From contig JAXHNL010000002.1 of assembly GCA_034520565.1 (NCBI GenBank), forward strand, positions 1,312,001-1,376,000: 64,000 nt of DNA. The letters are read 5' to 3'. Positions 43,427-53,378 of the stretch are shown one piece after another. The notes below the pieces were generated by a model, which searched no databases, was not told the origin of the DNA, and saw nothing but the letters and a program-made list of their open reading frames with translations. Every line of letters begins with the position of its first letter. Position 1 is the stretch's first letter. Position numbers and translations under genes: made by a program. This stretch comes from Halodesulfurarchaeum sp. (GTDB taxonomy: Archaea > Halobacteriota > Halobacteria > Halobacteriales > Halobacteriaceae).

Positions 43427-43533
43427 TGGCGTGAACGAGGGTGTGGGCGCATAAATGCGTGACGAGCCTCGGTTCAACTGAGTAGCTTGACGGGGCCGAC
43501 ACATTGAATCCCTCGCCCCGAAAACGGAGTTCC

Positions 43534-43980
43534 ATGCCCGATCTCCTCTCGACCCGGATCACCAACCGCTGGGTCGTTCGGTCCAGCGACGCGAATCACC
43601 TCGGCACGGCCCACGGCGGCTCGATCGTCAAGTGGATGGACGAAGTCGGTGGCATGTCCGCCGTGACCTTCGCCGGGAAGTGGTGTGTCACCGCCCACAT
43701 GAGCAGCGTGGATTTCAAACGGCCGATCCAGACCGACGACACGGTCCACGTCGAGGCCTCCGTCTACGAGGCCGGCGAGACCTCCGTTCGCGTGCATGTC
43801 GAGGCCTCGCGGGAGGACCTGCGCACTGGCGACCGCGAGCCTGCGAGCGAGGCTTATATCGTGTACGTGGCGGTGGACGAGGAGCACGAGCCCTCACCAG
43901 TTCCTGAACTCACCGTCGATTCAGCGGAAGGAGAACAGTTGCGCAAGGCTGCGCTGAACGGCGATCCCGATCGGTCGTAG
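43534..43980 (+). CDS. Hotdog-fold acyl-CoA thioesterase
   Basis: DAN..G..HGG...KWMDE, CVTA, G.TS. Confidence 0.88.
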   Translation: MPDLLSTRITNRWVVRSSDANHLGTAHGGSIVKWMDEVGGMSAVTFAGKWCVTAHMSSVDFKRPIQTDDTVHVEASVYEAGETSVRVHVEASREDLRTGDREPASEAYIVYVAVDEEHEPSPVPELTVDSAEGEQLRKAALNGDPDRS

Positions 43981-43986
43981 ACATTT

Positions 43987-44286
43987 TCACTCCCCGTCGC
44001 GCCAGGATCCCCACACTTCTCTGTAGGTCCCGAGTTCTCGATATTCCCTCTTTCGCTCGAACACGTCGATCGCGTAGACTGTTTCCCGATCCTTGTCCCA
44101 GTCAACCAGGACGCGGAAATCTCCGACTCGAAGCCTGTATCCCGGATGATTTTTCAGTCGGTCGAGAAAATGACTCGGAAAGTCCTCGATAGTCTCGAGT
44201 TTGTCGAGGATTCGCTCTGCATCATCTTTCTCGAACTGTTCGAGAGTCGATACGAACGTCTCCGTGAGGACGATTTCGACCGTCAC
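43987..44286 (-). CDS. RelE/ParE family toxin
   Basis: RILDKL, YRLRVGDFRVL, ...R..Y. Confidence 0.85.
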   Translation of the reverse strand: MTVEIVLTETFVSTLEQFEKDDAERILDKLETIEDFPSHFLDRLKNHPGYRLRVGDFRVLVDWDKDRETVYAIDVFERKREYRELGTYREVWGSWRDGE

Positions 44287-44570
44287 TCCTCGGCCCCTTC
44301 ATCTGCTCCCTCAAGTCCGAGCCGGGCTCGTGCCTCGGAGATCGACATTGTTTGGCCGGAGGCCACGTCCGCATATCCCGCTGAAACGCCCTCCTTTGCG
44401 CCGGGCGTCAAAATCGGCTCAGTCGTGTCACGCAACACTTCGCGGATAAACTCCGATCGATTGGGGTAATTTAGTTCCGCGGATAACTCGTCAAGTTCCT
44501 CTAGCAGACGGGCTGGAACCTTGACGTTCAATTTTACCATTTCGCCCTCTTTGTCCGCGTCAGTGCTCAT
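44283..44570 (-). CDS. Ribbon-helix-helix (CopG) antitoxin
   Basis: KLNVKVP..LLEELD......Y.NRSEFIR..LR; ATGA overlap with the toxin. Confidence 0.85.
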   Translation of the reverse strand: MSTDADKEGEMVKLNVKVPARLLEELDELSAELNYPNRSEFIREVLRDTTEPILTPGAKEGVSAGYADVASGQTMSISEARARLGLEGADEGAEE

Positions 44571-44694
44571 ATAACGTGGTACGGAGGTGGTACTAAAAGA
44601 ACTAACGGCCGAATGGAAAGCATCGGCTGTGTCTGCATTCACGACGCATCGTCACAAATCTTCAGTCATTATCGTAGTAATCATTATCTTAGTA

Positions 44695-45036
44695 ATGACC
44701 TTTCAAGATCCTGAGGCCGAACTCGAGACGTACGCCGAGGTGGGCCGCTGGTGGGACGGCGAGGACGAAATCGATCTGGTGGGCCTGAATCCCGCCGCCG
44801 ATCGTATTCTGTTCGGTGAATGCAAGTGGACGAGTGAACCCGTGGGATTCGGCCTCGTCGAGTCGTTACGGAAAAAAGCGTCGCAGGTCCGATGGGGTCC
44901 CGACTCGCGAGACGAGCGGTTCGTGTTGGTTTCGAAAAGCGGGTTCGAGGACGAGTTACGGGAAGAACTCGGGGAGCAGTGGACGTTATTCGACGTATCA
45001 GATATCGATTCGTTAACTGATCCGGCGACTCACTAA
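44695..45036 (+). pseudogene. Internally deleted archaeal ATPase-DUF234 gene retaining its PD-(D/E)xK C-terminal domain
   Basis: MTFQD.E.EL start fused to VGRWW....EIDLVG......ILFGECKW...F.L.SKSGF. Confidence 0.7.
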
Positions 45037-45128
45037 CGGGGTGATCCCCTTGGCACTATTCACGTTTTCAACGGCAAATCCGAATTGTGGGATGTGTATT
45101 TGGACTGTTGAACCCACTCGTGCTGCCC

Positions 45129-47581
45129 TCACGGCAACGCGAACCCGCCCAGCCGGCTCCAGACCACGACAGCCGAGGGGGTCACGAGCACCGCGGTGAG
45201 GTAGGAGTAGAAAATCGAGATGGCCATGATCGTGCCGAACTGGCCCAGAATCGGTGTAATTGCGAGCACGAGGACGGCCAGCCCGGCCGCAGTGGTCAGC
45301 ATGCTGCCGGTGAGGGCGCCACCCGTTCCGAGCACGGTCTGCTCGAGGGCGACGTCGAGGTTCGAGCCGTCGAACTCGTCGACAAAGCGGTGGGTCATGT
45401 GGGCGGAGTAGTCGGTCCCCAGTCCGATCGCGATGGCCAGGACGGTCGCGGTGAGGGCATTGAAGGGGATATTTATTGCGCGCATCGTCCCGATGATGAG
45501 GGTCAGCGTGACCACGATCGGGATGAGGTTGACGATCCCCAGGGTGCCACTCCCCTCGAGCAGGCGGTAGATGAGGACGAGGAAGACCGCCGAGCCGGCG
45601 AGGGCGAACAGGAGGCTGGTGGTCGCCGACTCGAGGATGACGTCCGAGACGTCCTGGAAGACGACCGTCTGGCCCGTCGCGGTTGCCGGCAGGCGATAGC
45701 GATCCGCGAGCACCTTTGCATCCGCTGCGGCTTCGGCCTGGGTCGCGTCGCTCTGGATGTCGTAGGTGACGATCGCGCTGCGGTAATCCTCCGTCAAGTA
45801 GGACCTGGCCTGGCCGGCGTACGGCGAGGCGAAGAGCCGATCATAAATCGCCTCGAGGTTATCGTCGGGAACCCCGTCGCCGTCGATGTCGTTCCTCGCG
45901 ACGAGGGCGTCGAATTCGGGGTTTTGCTCGCGGTAGGCGTCGATCACGCCGATGACACTCGAGGACTGGGCCAGCCGGCCTTCCTCGACGAACGAGGGCG
46001 GTGGATCGACCCCGGCCCGCTCGATGGATTCGAGGGCGTAATCCGCCCGGAGTTGCCCGTCGACGTACATCGTGATGGAGCTCTGGGCGTCGGTCGCGAA
46101 GGTGTCCTCGAGGTAGTTGAGGGTCGCCGTGACGGTGTACTCGTTGGGCGCAAAGGGCTCGGGAAGATCGTCGAGGTAGTCGGGCGTGTCCTCCGGGGGC
46201 AGGAAGTCGTCCTGGGAGAAACTGGTCGAGACGCCGGCGCCGTAGCCCGCCGCGAGGATCGAGACGATCAGGACGAGTGCGAGGAAGACCCGCGGGGCCT
46301 TCTTCGCGACGAGGACGCCCCCGGAGAGCGAGCGGCCGATGACCGAGCCCTCCTGCCCGATCGGTCTGTTGCCCCAGTGGGGGATCGAGTGCTTTTCTCG
46401 GGTCTGATCGAAGAGGACCTTCGCCGCGGGGAGGAAGATTCCGAAGATGAGGAAGGTGAAGACGATGCCGACCGCGGCGATGAGGCCGAAATCTCGAATC
46501 GGTGGGAGCGAACTGGTGCCGTTCGCGGAAAATCCGATGACTGTGGTTCCGGTCACGATGAAGAAGGCGACGAACAGCTGATCGACGGTTACGTGCATCG
46601 ACTCGAGGATGCCCTGGCCCTTGACGCGCTCCTCGCGATAGCGGTTGATGGCGTGGATGCCGAAGTCGATCCCGACTGCGAGCAGGAGCGGCGGGACCGC
46701 CGTCAGCATCTGCGTGAAGGGGATATTCGCGAGGCCCATGAACCCCATCGTCCAGATGACAGTCATGAGCAGCGAGCCCAGCCCGAGGAAGAGATCCAGC
46801 GGGTCGCGATAGGCATACAGCAGGAAGAGGACGATCAGGAGGATCGCCGCGGGCAGGACGATGATCAGCGAGTCGAAGATGACGTTCGCGAACTCCTCGG
46901 AGATGATGCCCGTCCCGAAGACCCGGAAGTCGCCGTCGCCGCTGTTGATCACCCGCTCGGTCTCGGTCTGGATCGACTGCAGCGGGCTGGTCCCACTCGT
47001 TCCCACGCCCCCGAGAGGCCGGTCGGGATCTCGTGGGTGATGACCGCGATGGACGCTCCCGCCCGCGCGGATTCGCGGTTGAAGTCCTTGCTGAGGGCCC
47101 CCGTGAAGCCCGGAGCCGCAGCCGCACGCCTGACGGCGGCATCGATTTCGCTCGGCGTCGCCCGCTCGATGGCGCGAATCTGGGCCGCGACGGTCGTGGC
47201 GGTCGGATCCAACTGTCGGGCGACCTGCTGGGCGGAACTCCGGGTGTTCGTGACGCGCAACTCGGTGCGATCGAGCACCCGCTCCTGGGCGCGGAGCATC
47301 CGGAGCATCGCGGACTTCGAGAGGACGTTTGCCTCCTCCTGGATGACCTGTGTCGTGCCCGAATCCGCGGCGAATGGTTCGCCGAACTCGCGGTCGATGT
47401 CCTTGAGCGCCTCCTCGCTTGCGGTCCCCTCGGAGAACTGCTGGGTGCCCGTTTCGGTCGTGATGTTGCCCATCCCCGTGGCCATCACGAGGGTGATGAC
47501 CAGGAAGGCAGCCACGACTTTCCGCGGGTGCTCCGCGATGAGGTTCGAAACGCGGGTGACGACCCGTTGGTGGTCGACCAT
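45129..47581 (-). CDS. RND/MMPL family transporter (frameshift in the C5 run at 47008-47012)
   Basis: Two TM blocks with GIDFGIH and GTDYSAH; adding one base restores GLSGGVGTSG. Confidence 0.88.
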
Positions 47582-47584
47582 CGA

Positions 47585-49111
47585 TTACCGGCGGCGGTAG
47601 AGGACGATGGCGATCAGGACGGCGATCACCGCGACGGCCCCACCGATGAGGTACGGCGACGGGCCCGAATCGACGGGTTCGGTCACCGAGACCGGCACGC
47701 GGTAGGTCTTCGAGAGTTTGCTATCCCCGTCCGAATCGTACTGGAAGTCGAGCGAGACGGGATAGGTCTTGACGGTCGCCCCGCCCGCCGCGGCCACGCT
47801 GAAGGTAATCTCTTCGGATTCGCCGGGTCCGAGCGTTTCGATGTAGGCCTCGTCGTCGCCACTCGAGAGCGGATCGGTGGTGAAGATCTTCGCGTCCACG
47901 TCGGTGACGGTCGTCTCGCCCTCGTTTGTCACCTCGACGGTGAGCTGCCCGCTCGATCCGGCGGGGACCGAGCTCGTGACGGGATCGACCGCGAACCGGT
48001 CGCGTTCGGGCTCGATTTTGGCGGTGACTTTCAGCGGATCGGACACCCGATCGTCGCCGTCGCTATCCTCGTAGTCGACGGTGACGGAGAACTGTCGGGG
48101 GGTGGCCTCGGCGCTCTCTGCGATCTCGATGGGGAACCTGACCGCGACGGATTCGCCCGCTTCCATGGCCCCGATCGCGTATTCGCTCGCGAGCGGATGG
48201 ATGTTCGTTCCCGGTTGGGCGAGTCTGACGACCGCATCAGTGACGGGCTCGCCGTCGTTCGTGACCGTCATTCGCAGGTCACCTTCCTCGCCCACCCGGA
48301 GGGAGTGCTCGAGGTCAGCGAGGGAGAACTGGTCGATCTCCGGGTCGACGCTCACGCCGGCTTGCAGGGTGGGCCACTGGCGGTCGAAGCCCTCGCTGTT
48401 CTCGTAGGCGACGGTCGCCGCAATCGAATAGATGCCCGCGTCCGCGCTGGCGGGTGCGCGGGCGTCAAATGTGATTTCACGCTCCTCGCCGGCCTCCCAG
48501 TCGCCCACGTGGGCGACCGTGCTCGCACTCGTTCCGAAGACGACGTTCTCGGTTTCGGATTGGAGGGTGACCGTCGCGTCGGTGACGGTCTCCGTCCCGT
48601 CGTTTGCGAGGGTCATGGTGATCGAACCGTCCTCGCCGACGGTGAGGTCCTCGCTCACGTCGGCGATCGAGAACATGGCCCTGTCTTCGACCCTGACCTC
48701 GGCGTAGACGGTGGTGGATTCCTCCTCGTCACCGTCGTAGACGTAGTCGAGTCTGATTGGAACGTGGTAGGTGCCCGGTTCGACGTTCTGTGGGACTCGA
48801 ATGAAGAACTGGTCGGTCACGACCTGGCCGTCCGGCATCGTTCCGAGTCGGTGGGTTCCCGACTGGATCGCGAACGGGGTCTCGCCCTTTCGCATCGTCG
48901 CTTCGACGTCCGTGGCGGTCTCGACGTCGTCGTCGATGTCTTCGGCGTCGTTGGTGAACTCGACTGTGAGCTGGGTCGTTTCACCCGGGGTGACCGTCGG
49001 TTCGGGGACGTTCGTCTCGAAGCGCGGGTCTTCGGCGGCCGCGACGATCGCCGGGGTGGCGAGCAGGCCGAGGACGACCAGGGCCGTCACGAGGAGTGTG
49101 TGTCGTTTCAT
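47585..49111 (-). CDS. COG1361 S-layer-domain family exported protein
   Basis: Signal peptide, repeated Ig-like acidic domains, C-terminal TM followed by RRR; upstream of the RND gene. Confidence 0.8.
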   Translation of the reverse strand: MKRHTLLVTALVVLGLLATPAIVAAAEDPRFETNVPEPTVTPGETTQLTVEFTNDAEDIDDDVETATDVEATMRKGETPFAIQSGTHRLGTMPDGQVVTDQFFIRVPQNVEPGTYHVPIRLDYVYDGDEEESTTVYAEVRVEDRAMFSIADVSEDLTVGEDGSITMTLANDGTETVTDATVTLQSETENVVFGTSASTVAHVGDWEAGEEREITFDARAPASADAGIYSIAATVAYENSEGFDRQWPTLQAGVSVDPEIDQFSLADLEHSLRVGEEGDLRMTVTNDGEPVTDAVVRLAQPGTNIHPLASEYAIGAMEAGESVAVRFPIEIAESAEATPRQFSVTVDYEDSDGDDRVSDPLKVTAKIEPERDRFAVDPVTSSVPAGSSGQLTVEVTNEGETTVTDVDAKIFTTDPLSSGDDEAYIETLGPGESEEITFSVAAAGGATVKTYPVSLDFQYDSDGDSKLSKTYRVPVSVTEPVDSGPSPYLIGGAVAVIAVLIAIVLYRRR

Positions 49112-49153
49112 AGGTGCGGAAATGTCGTGTCGCGTTCGGTTCGTTGCTATCTA

Positions 49154-49169
49154 CTGAATGACCGTTCAG
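49154..49169. promoter_or_regulatory. Pseudo-palindromic operator upstream of the COG1361-RND operon
   Basis: CTGAATGACCGTTCAG (12/16 symmetric) next to minus-strand TATA-like TTTAAC. Confidence 0.5.
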
Positions 49170-49374
49170 GGTTAAATGGGTGTGGGATTCCTGCTTGGCT
49201 CTCCGGAAAGCCTTGATTTACTGACCAGCTCGATGACATCGGGGTTCAGGTGAGGATTCTTCGCTTTCCGGTATCCACTTCGGGACGCAAATACGCAACA
49301 GACCTTGATTTTCTCATTTCGAATGTGCATGAAACGATCTTTCAAAGCGTTTCAGCGTCGGGGAATCGTAACTC

Positions 49375-49818
49375 TCAGTCATTCGAATCTACGTTCTCAG
49401 GGACGATCCGCTCGACCAGGCCATCGAAATCGTCGTCGAACGATAGTACGACGTCGATATCATTCCGCTCAACGAGCGCGATCGTGCTCGCGTCGGTGAA
49501 ACTCAATCCCTGATCGTCATATGTGTCGAAGAGCGCATTTGTGTCTTGAAAAACGGATTCGTTCACGAATTCGAGGGAATACACACTGGGGAACTGACCG
49601 TCCCCGAGAATTCGTCGGCCGAGTTTTCTTGCGGCCTCGAAGTCTCCCGTTCGGTGCAGGGTGAGTGTCAGCGCTTCATCGTACACGTAGTCGCTGGTTA
49701 TCGGTTGGCCGAAACGCCCGCTGTAGACGGATTCGAGGGCAGAAACAGCTGTGTCGTGTTTTGCTGCCGAGGAATCGTGATCGGCATATAAAACGCCAGT
49801 ATCCACGAACACGCTCAT
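49375..49818 (-). CDS. vapC: VapC PIN-domain toxin
   Basis: VFVDTG, V.DE, LSFTDA, SFD.DF. Confidence 0.88.
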   Translation of the reverse strand: MSVFVDTGVLYADHDSSAAKHDTAVSALESVYSGRFGQPITSDYVYDEALTLTLHRTGDFEAARKLGRRILGDGQFPSVYSLEFVNESVFQDTNALFDTYDDQGLSFTDASTIALVERNDIDVVLSFDDDFDGLVERIVPENVDSND

Positions 49819-50090
49819 CCGTAGAGGATTTCGTCGATGTCGTCTTCGGTCGTTTCGACACCGGATTCGATCCGACCCGCTTGCATCCGACTGATTTCTG
49901 CCTTCGACAACGGGACTGTGCTCGTTTCAAAGGATTCGATAATCGCGTCCCGGCTCTCGTATGCATCATCGACGAGGCGTTCGAGAATCTCCTGTTGGGT
50001 GACTTTCTTGCCTGTCTCGAGTTTGATCAGCGCCTGCAACTCCTCGAGCCGGGATTTCGTCTCTTCGTCCATCCGTACTGCGGTTGACAT
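49815..50090 (-). CDS. VapB-type antitoxin
   Basis: MSTAVRMDEETKSRLEELQ..I....G..VTQQEIL, C-terminal DIDE.LYG; overlaps vapC. Confidence 0.75.
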   Translation of the reverse strand: MSTAVRMDEETKSRLEELQALIKLETGKKVTQQEILERLVDDAYESRDAIIESFETSTVPLSKAEISRMQAGRIESGVETTEDDIDEILYG

Positions 50091-50296
50091 AGTATCAGTT
50101 AACAACTCAACCCACTTAACAATTTCACTAATAGGGTTTGGCGCAATATCGAAGCGGTGCAGTGGGTATTGGACCTCGCCGACGAGAAGAGACGATACAT
50201 CTGGATTGGAATGCTGGAGACCCCAATCTCATCGGCGTGCTCCCACTGTTCGCATTGAAATAACGAGAAAAGAGAACTACCGCTGAATTCGACCGA

Positions 50297-51250
50297 TCAG
50301 AGGTTGACGGCTTCCTGGTTGGCGAGCGATTCGGGGACCCGGATCACGGTGGTCTGGGTTGCACCGGCCGGCGTGGTGATGGAGACGTCCACGCTGTCGC
50401 CGGAGGCCAAGCTCCCGGGATCGATGTGGATGTTGTAGCGATCGCCGGAGGTCATGACGGGAAGCGTCTCGTCGTCGTCAGTGACCGAGGAGAGCGTGTA
50501 GGTGGTGTCCTCGACGGGGAGCGTTCCCTCGGGGGGATTCTCCTGCACGTCGACGCCCTCGTAGGTCAGGTCGTGGGTGCCGTCAGGGGCGACCAGACGA
50601 ATCGTCATCTTCGAGAGGTCCATGTCACCGGCGCCCGATGCCTGGGCGACGAGGATGCGAACTTCGTCGACGACCGGCGTGTCGATATCCTCGACGGTGG
50701 CGGACGCGTTTACCGTCACGTTATCACGGTTTATCAGGGAGATGTTTCCATCTTCGGCGACTAAATCAGGGGTCGAATTAAATGTCGTCGAGTCGTTTTC
50801 AACATCGTCCAGGTTGTTCAATTCGTACTCTTCTGCTTCCTGGTTGAGACTAACGACTTCCAATTCGTCCTCATTACTGACCGTCAAATTGGACTCTCCA
50901 TCCGTCAAATTGGTCTCCCCATCCGATGTTTTCACCCAGATCGAATTACCCTCGCTGAGCCGCAGTTCCGCATCATCCGAGATACTTGCAAGGGTTAAGG
51001 TCTCTCCACCGACGACGTCACCGGTCGTCGAGGAGATTTGCAGCTGGTCGGTCACCTGTGCCTGACTCTCCTCTCCAGTTTGTTCGGCCGAACTCTGCAG
51101 GAAGCCTGCCGTGTTGATCAGCACGCCGGCAGCGATCGCCGCCACGAGTACCATGGCGATGAACACGATGAGGGTGCCGATCCCCACCTGCCCGTGTTCT
51201 CCCGACGAGGGAAGGCGTTCCTTGAGCGAACCGAGTACGTTTCGTGTCAT
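50297..51250 (-). CDS. Archaellin (copy 2)
   Basis: [33 protein letters not shown] class III signal and N-terminal helix. Confidence 0.93.
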   Translation of the reverse strand: MTRNVLGSLKERLPSSGEHGQVGIGTLIVFIAMVLVAAIAAGVLINTAGFLQSSAEQTGEESQAQVTDQLQISSTTGDVVGGETLTLASISDDAELRLSEGNSIWVKTSDGETNLTDGESNLTVSNEDELEVVSLNQEAEEYELNNLDDVENDSTTFNSTPDLVAEDGNISLINRDNVTVNASATVEDIDTPVVDEVRILVAQASGAGDMDLSKMTIRLVAPDGTHDLTYEGVDVQENPPEGTLPVEDTTYTLSSVTDDDETLPVMTSGDRYNIHIDPGSLASGDSVDVSITTPAGATQTTVIRVPESLANQEAVNL

Positions 51251-51304
51251 GTGTCTCTTTCACAAACACCCGGAGCGGTGCTTGCCTGTCCGCGACTAAA
51301 CAAA

Positions 51305-51348
51305 CCTCCTATATGAATGTAGGGCCCGTATTATCTAATCCGATAATA
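51305..51348 (-). promoter_or_regulatory. Archaellin promoter with inverted-repeat box
   Basis: TATTATC-N6-GATAATA (51329-51348) at the same spacing from the TATA block as in 52446-52487. Confidence 0.6.
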
Positions 51349-51459
51349 GAGCCCTCGGCTGCGGTGGCTCCAACATATTCTCGAGACCCGGTGGCCGTTT
51401 CCAGCATTCGCTTGCCGGATCAGTTGAACGCAGAGAAAATCAGTAACCGAATCGGCCGA

Positions 51460-52398
51460 TCAGAGGTTGACTGCTTCCTGGTTGGCGAGCGATTCGGGGA
51501 CCCGGATCACGGTGGTCTGGGTCGCACCGGCCGGCGTGGTGATGGAGACGTCCACGCTATCGCCCGAGGCCAAGCTGCCCGGATCGATGTGGATGTTGTA
51601 GCGATCGCCGGAGGTCATGACCGGGAGGGTCTCGTCGTCGTCAGTCACCGAGGAGAGGGTGTAGGTGGTGTCCTCGACCGGGAGGGTTCCGTCCTCGAAG
51701 TTTTCCGTGATGTCGAGATCTTCATAGGTCAGGTCGTGGGTGCCGTCAGGCGCGACCAGTCGAATCGTCATCTTCGAGAGGTCCATGTCACCGGCACCTG
51801 AAGCCTGGGCGACCAGGACGCGGACTTCGTCGACGTACGGATCGAGGTCAGCGAGACTCGTGGTGTCACTATTGTTGATCGTCACGTTCGCCCGGTTGAT
51901 CAGGTGTACCGGCGCGTAATCGTCGCTGTTGTTCGTGTACGTGGACAGGCCCTGGCTCGCGTTGAATTCCTTCGTCGTCGTGCCATTGTTGAGTTCGTAC
52001 GTCTCATCGGCAAGGTTCACCGACTCGACCGTCAACGTATCTCCATCGGACACGTTGAGTCCTGCATTCTCTCGATCGGTGAGATTCCGCGTTTCAGACG
52101 CTTTGACCCGGATAGTGTCACCCTCACTTACTCGCAATTGGGCCCCTTGGGTCGTGTTTTCGATCGTTAACGTTTCTCCGCCGATGACGTCACCGGTCGT
52201 CGAGGAGATCTGGAGTTGGTCTGTGACCTGTGCCTGACTCTCCTCTCCAGTTTGTTCGGCGGAACTCTGCAGGAAGCCTGCGGTGTTGATGAGGACGCCG
52301 GCAGCGATCGCCGCCACGAGAACCATGGCGATGAACACGATGAGGGTGCCGATCCCCACCTGCCCGCGCTTTTCGGTATCGGTGATTGCTTCGAACAT
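51460..52398 (-). CDS. Archaellin (copy 1)
   Basis: MFE.....[27 protein letters not shown]. Confidence 0.95.
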   Translation of the reverse strand: MFEAITDTEKRGQVGIGTLIVFIAMVLVAAIAAGVLINTAGFLQSSAEQTGEESQAQVTDQLQISSTTGDVIGGETLTIENTTQGAQLRVSEGDTIRVKASETRNLTDRENAGLNVSDGDTLTVESVNLADETYELNNGTTTKEFNASQGLSTYTNNSDDYAPVHLINRANVTINNSDTTSLADLDPYVDEVRVLVAQASGAGDMDLSKMTIRLVAPDGTHDLTYEDLDITENFEDGTLPVEDTTYTLSSVTDDDETLPVMTSGDRYNIHIDPGSLASGDSVDVSITTPAGATQTTVIRVPESLANQEAVNL

Positions 52399-52445
52399 GT
52401 GTTTGGTGTCGCCCTACCTCTGGGCGCTGAGTTGGACTCTTCAGG

Positions 52446-52487
52446 CCTCCTATTTAATTGTACCCTGCGTATTATCAGGCGTGAAAA
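52446..52487 (-). promoter_or_regulatory. Archaellin promoter with TATCA-N4-TGAAA box
   Basis: CCTCCTATTTAATTGTA-N5-CGTATTATCAGGCGTGAAAA aligns without gaps to 51305-51348. Confidence 0.6.
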
Positions 52488-52547
52488 CGTGTTGGTGGGT
52501 TTTGAGTGTCGTGTCGTAGATTGGGTTTGGGGTCGCGTTGCCCGATT

Positions 52548-52674
52548 CACCACCTCCGAAAGCCCCCTCCCGCTCGTGCCCGCTCGCGGAGATATCGCTT
52601 CCCTCGCTCCGCTCGGTCGCGATAGGGCTCCACGAGACGACCACGACCGGTCGGCCCCTTTCGTAGCCCCACCC
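52548..52674. repeat. Structured repeat, copy A
   Basis: Head CACCTCCGAAAGCCCCCTCCCGCTCG, nested hairpin, tail CGGCCCCTTTCGTAGCCCCACCC. Confidence 0.85.
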
Positions 52675-52766
52675 ATTAGTGGTCACTTGCCGTCCAATTC
52701 CGTCTCTGGACAGCGTCGTCCGCTGCACCCCAGTCGTTATTACGGTCCCTCATGATTTCTCACATA

Positions 52767-53027
52767 ATGGGTGCTGTCTCGCATCGGGATGAACCAGGGG
52801 TCCGGTTTACGTACGAAGGCGACCTCGTTACGGCGACGGATACGGAACGTGGGGTTGCCGCTTCAGGTCAGTCCAAAGCCGAGGCGTTGTCACGTCTTTC
52901 TGATGCACTCGAACTTCACGACGGGGAGGGTCTTCCGATCGAGGACGAGCAAACATTCATGGCGGAACTCGGAATCGACCTCGATGAGTTGGACGTCGAT
53001 AAGTCACCCCCGTCGTTTCTCGAATAA
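52767..53027 (+). CDS. HicB-like antitoxin
   Basis: A.D...GVA.SG.SK.EAL..L.DALELH, LGID; followed by a HicA-like start. Confidence 0.75.
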   Translation: MGAVSHRDEPGVRFTYEGDLVTATDTERGVAASGQSKAEALSRLSDALELHDGEGLPIEDEQTFMAELGIDLDELDVDKSPPSFLE

Positions 53028-53033
53028 TCTCCG

Positions 53034-53100
53034 ATGCCCGCTGCAAATTTTTCGGGAAAAGAACTGGTGAAAGCGCTTCGCTCGAAGGATTTCTTTGCTG
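53034..53100 (+). pseudogene. Truncated HicA-like toxin (N-terminal ~20 codons only)
   Basis: MP..NFSGKELVKAL...DF. No GSH motif follows and the ORF runs on into repeat B. Confidence 0.6.
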
Positions 53101-53139
53101 TCTTGGGAATTGTCCCGGGGTCCCGAATTTGCAATCTAA

Positions 53140-53259
53140 CATCCTCGAAAGCCCCCGACCGCTCCGGTCGCGCGGGTCGCTTCTGTCCTCGGCCTTCGGC
53201 CTGCGGTCCTTGCTTCCCCGGGCTTCCCGGAGCGGCCGGCCCCTTTAGAATTCCCACCC
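53140..53259. repeat. Structured repeat, copy B
   Basis: CGAAAGCCCCCGACCGCTCCGG ... CCGGAGCGGCCGGCCCCTTTAGAATTCCCACCC. Confidence 0.8.
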
Positions 53260-53378
53260 AGTGGTCACTTGCTGTGAAATTTCGTCTCTGAACAGTGCTA
53301 CATCACCAACCATATCGCCTCAGAGCAATTCGTATTTAAGCGAAACGCTTTTGAGCGCACTACCCGAATAGCGAAATA

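Noticed and set aside
47000-47020. Split RND transporter or phase-variable tract
   Set aside because: One base missing from a 5-nt homopolymer; too short for a convincing contingency locus and typical of long-read error.
45087-49216. Long antisense ORFs (837 aa, 727 aa and similar ones elsewhere)
   Set aside because: Shadow ORFs of high-GC coding strands with no recognisable motifs.
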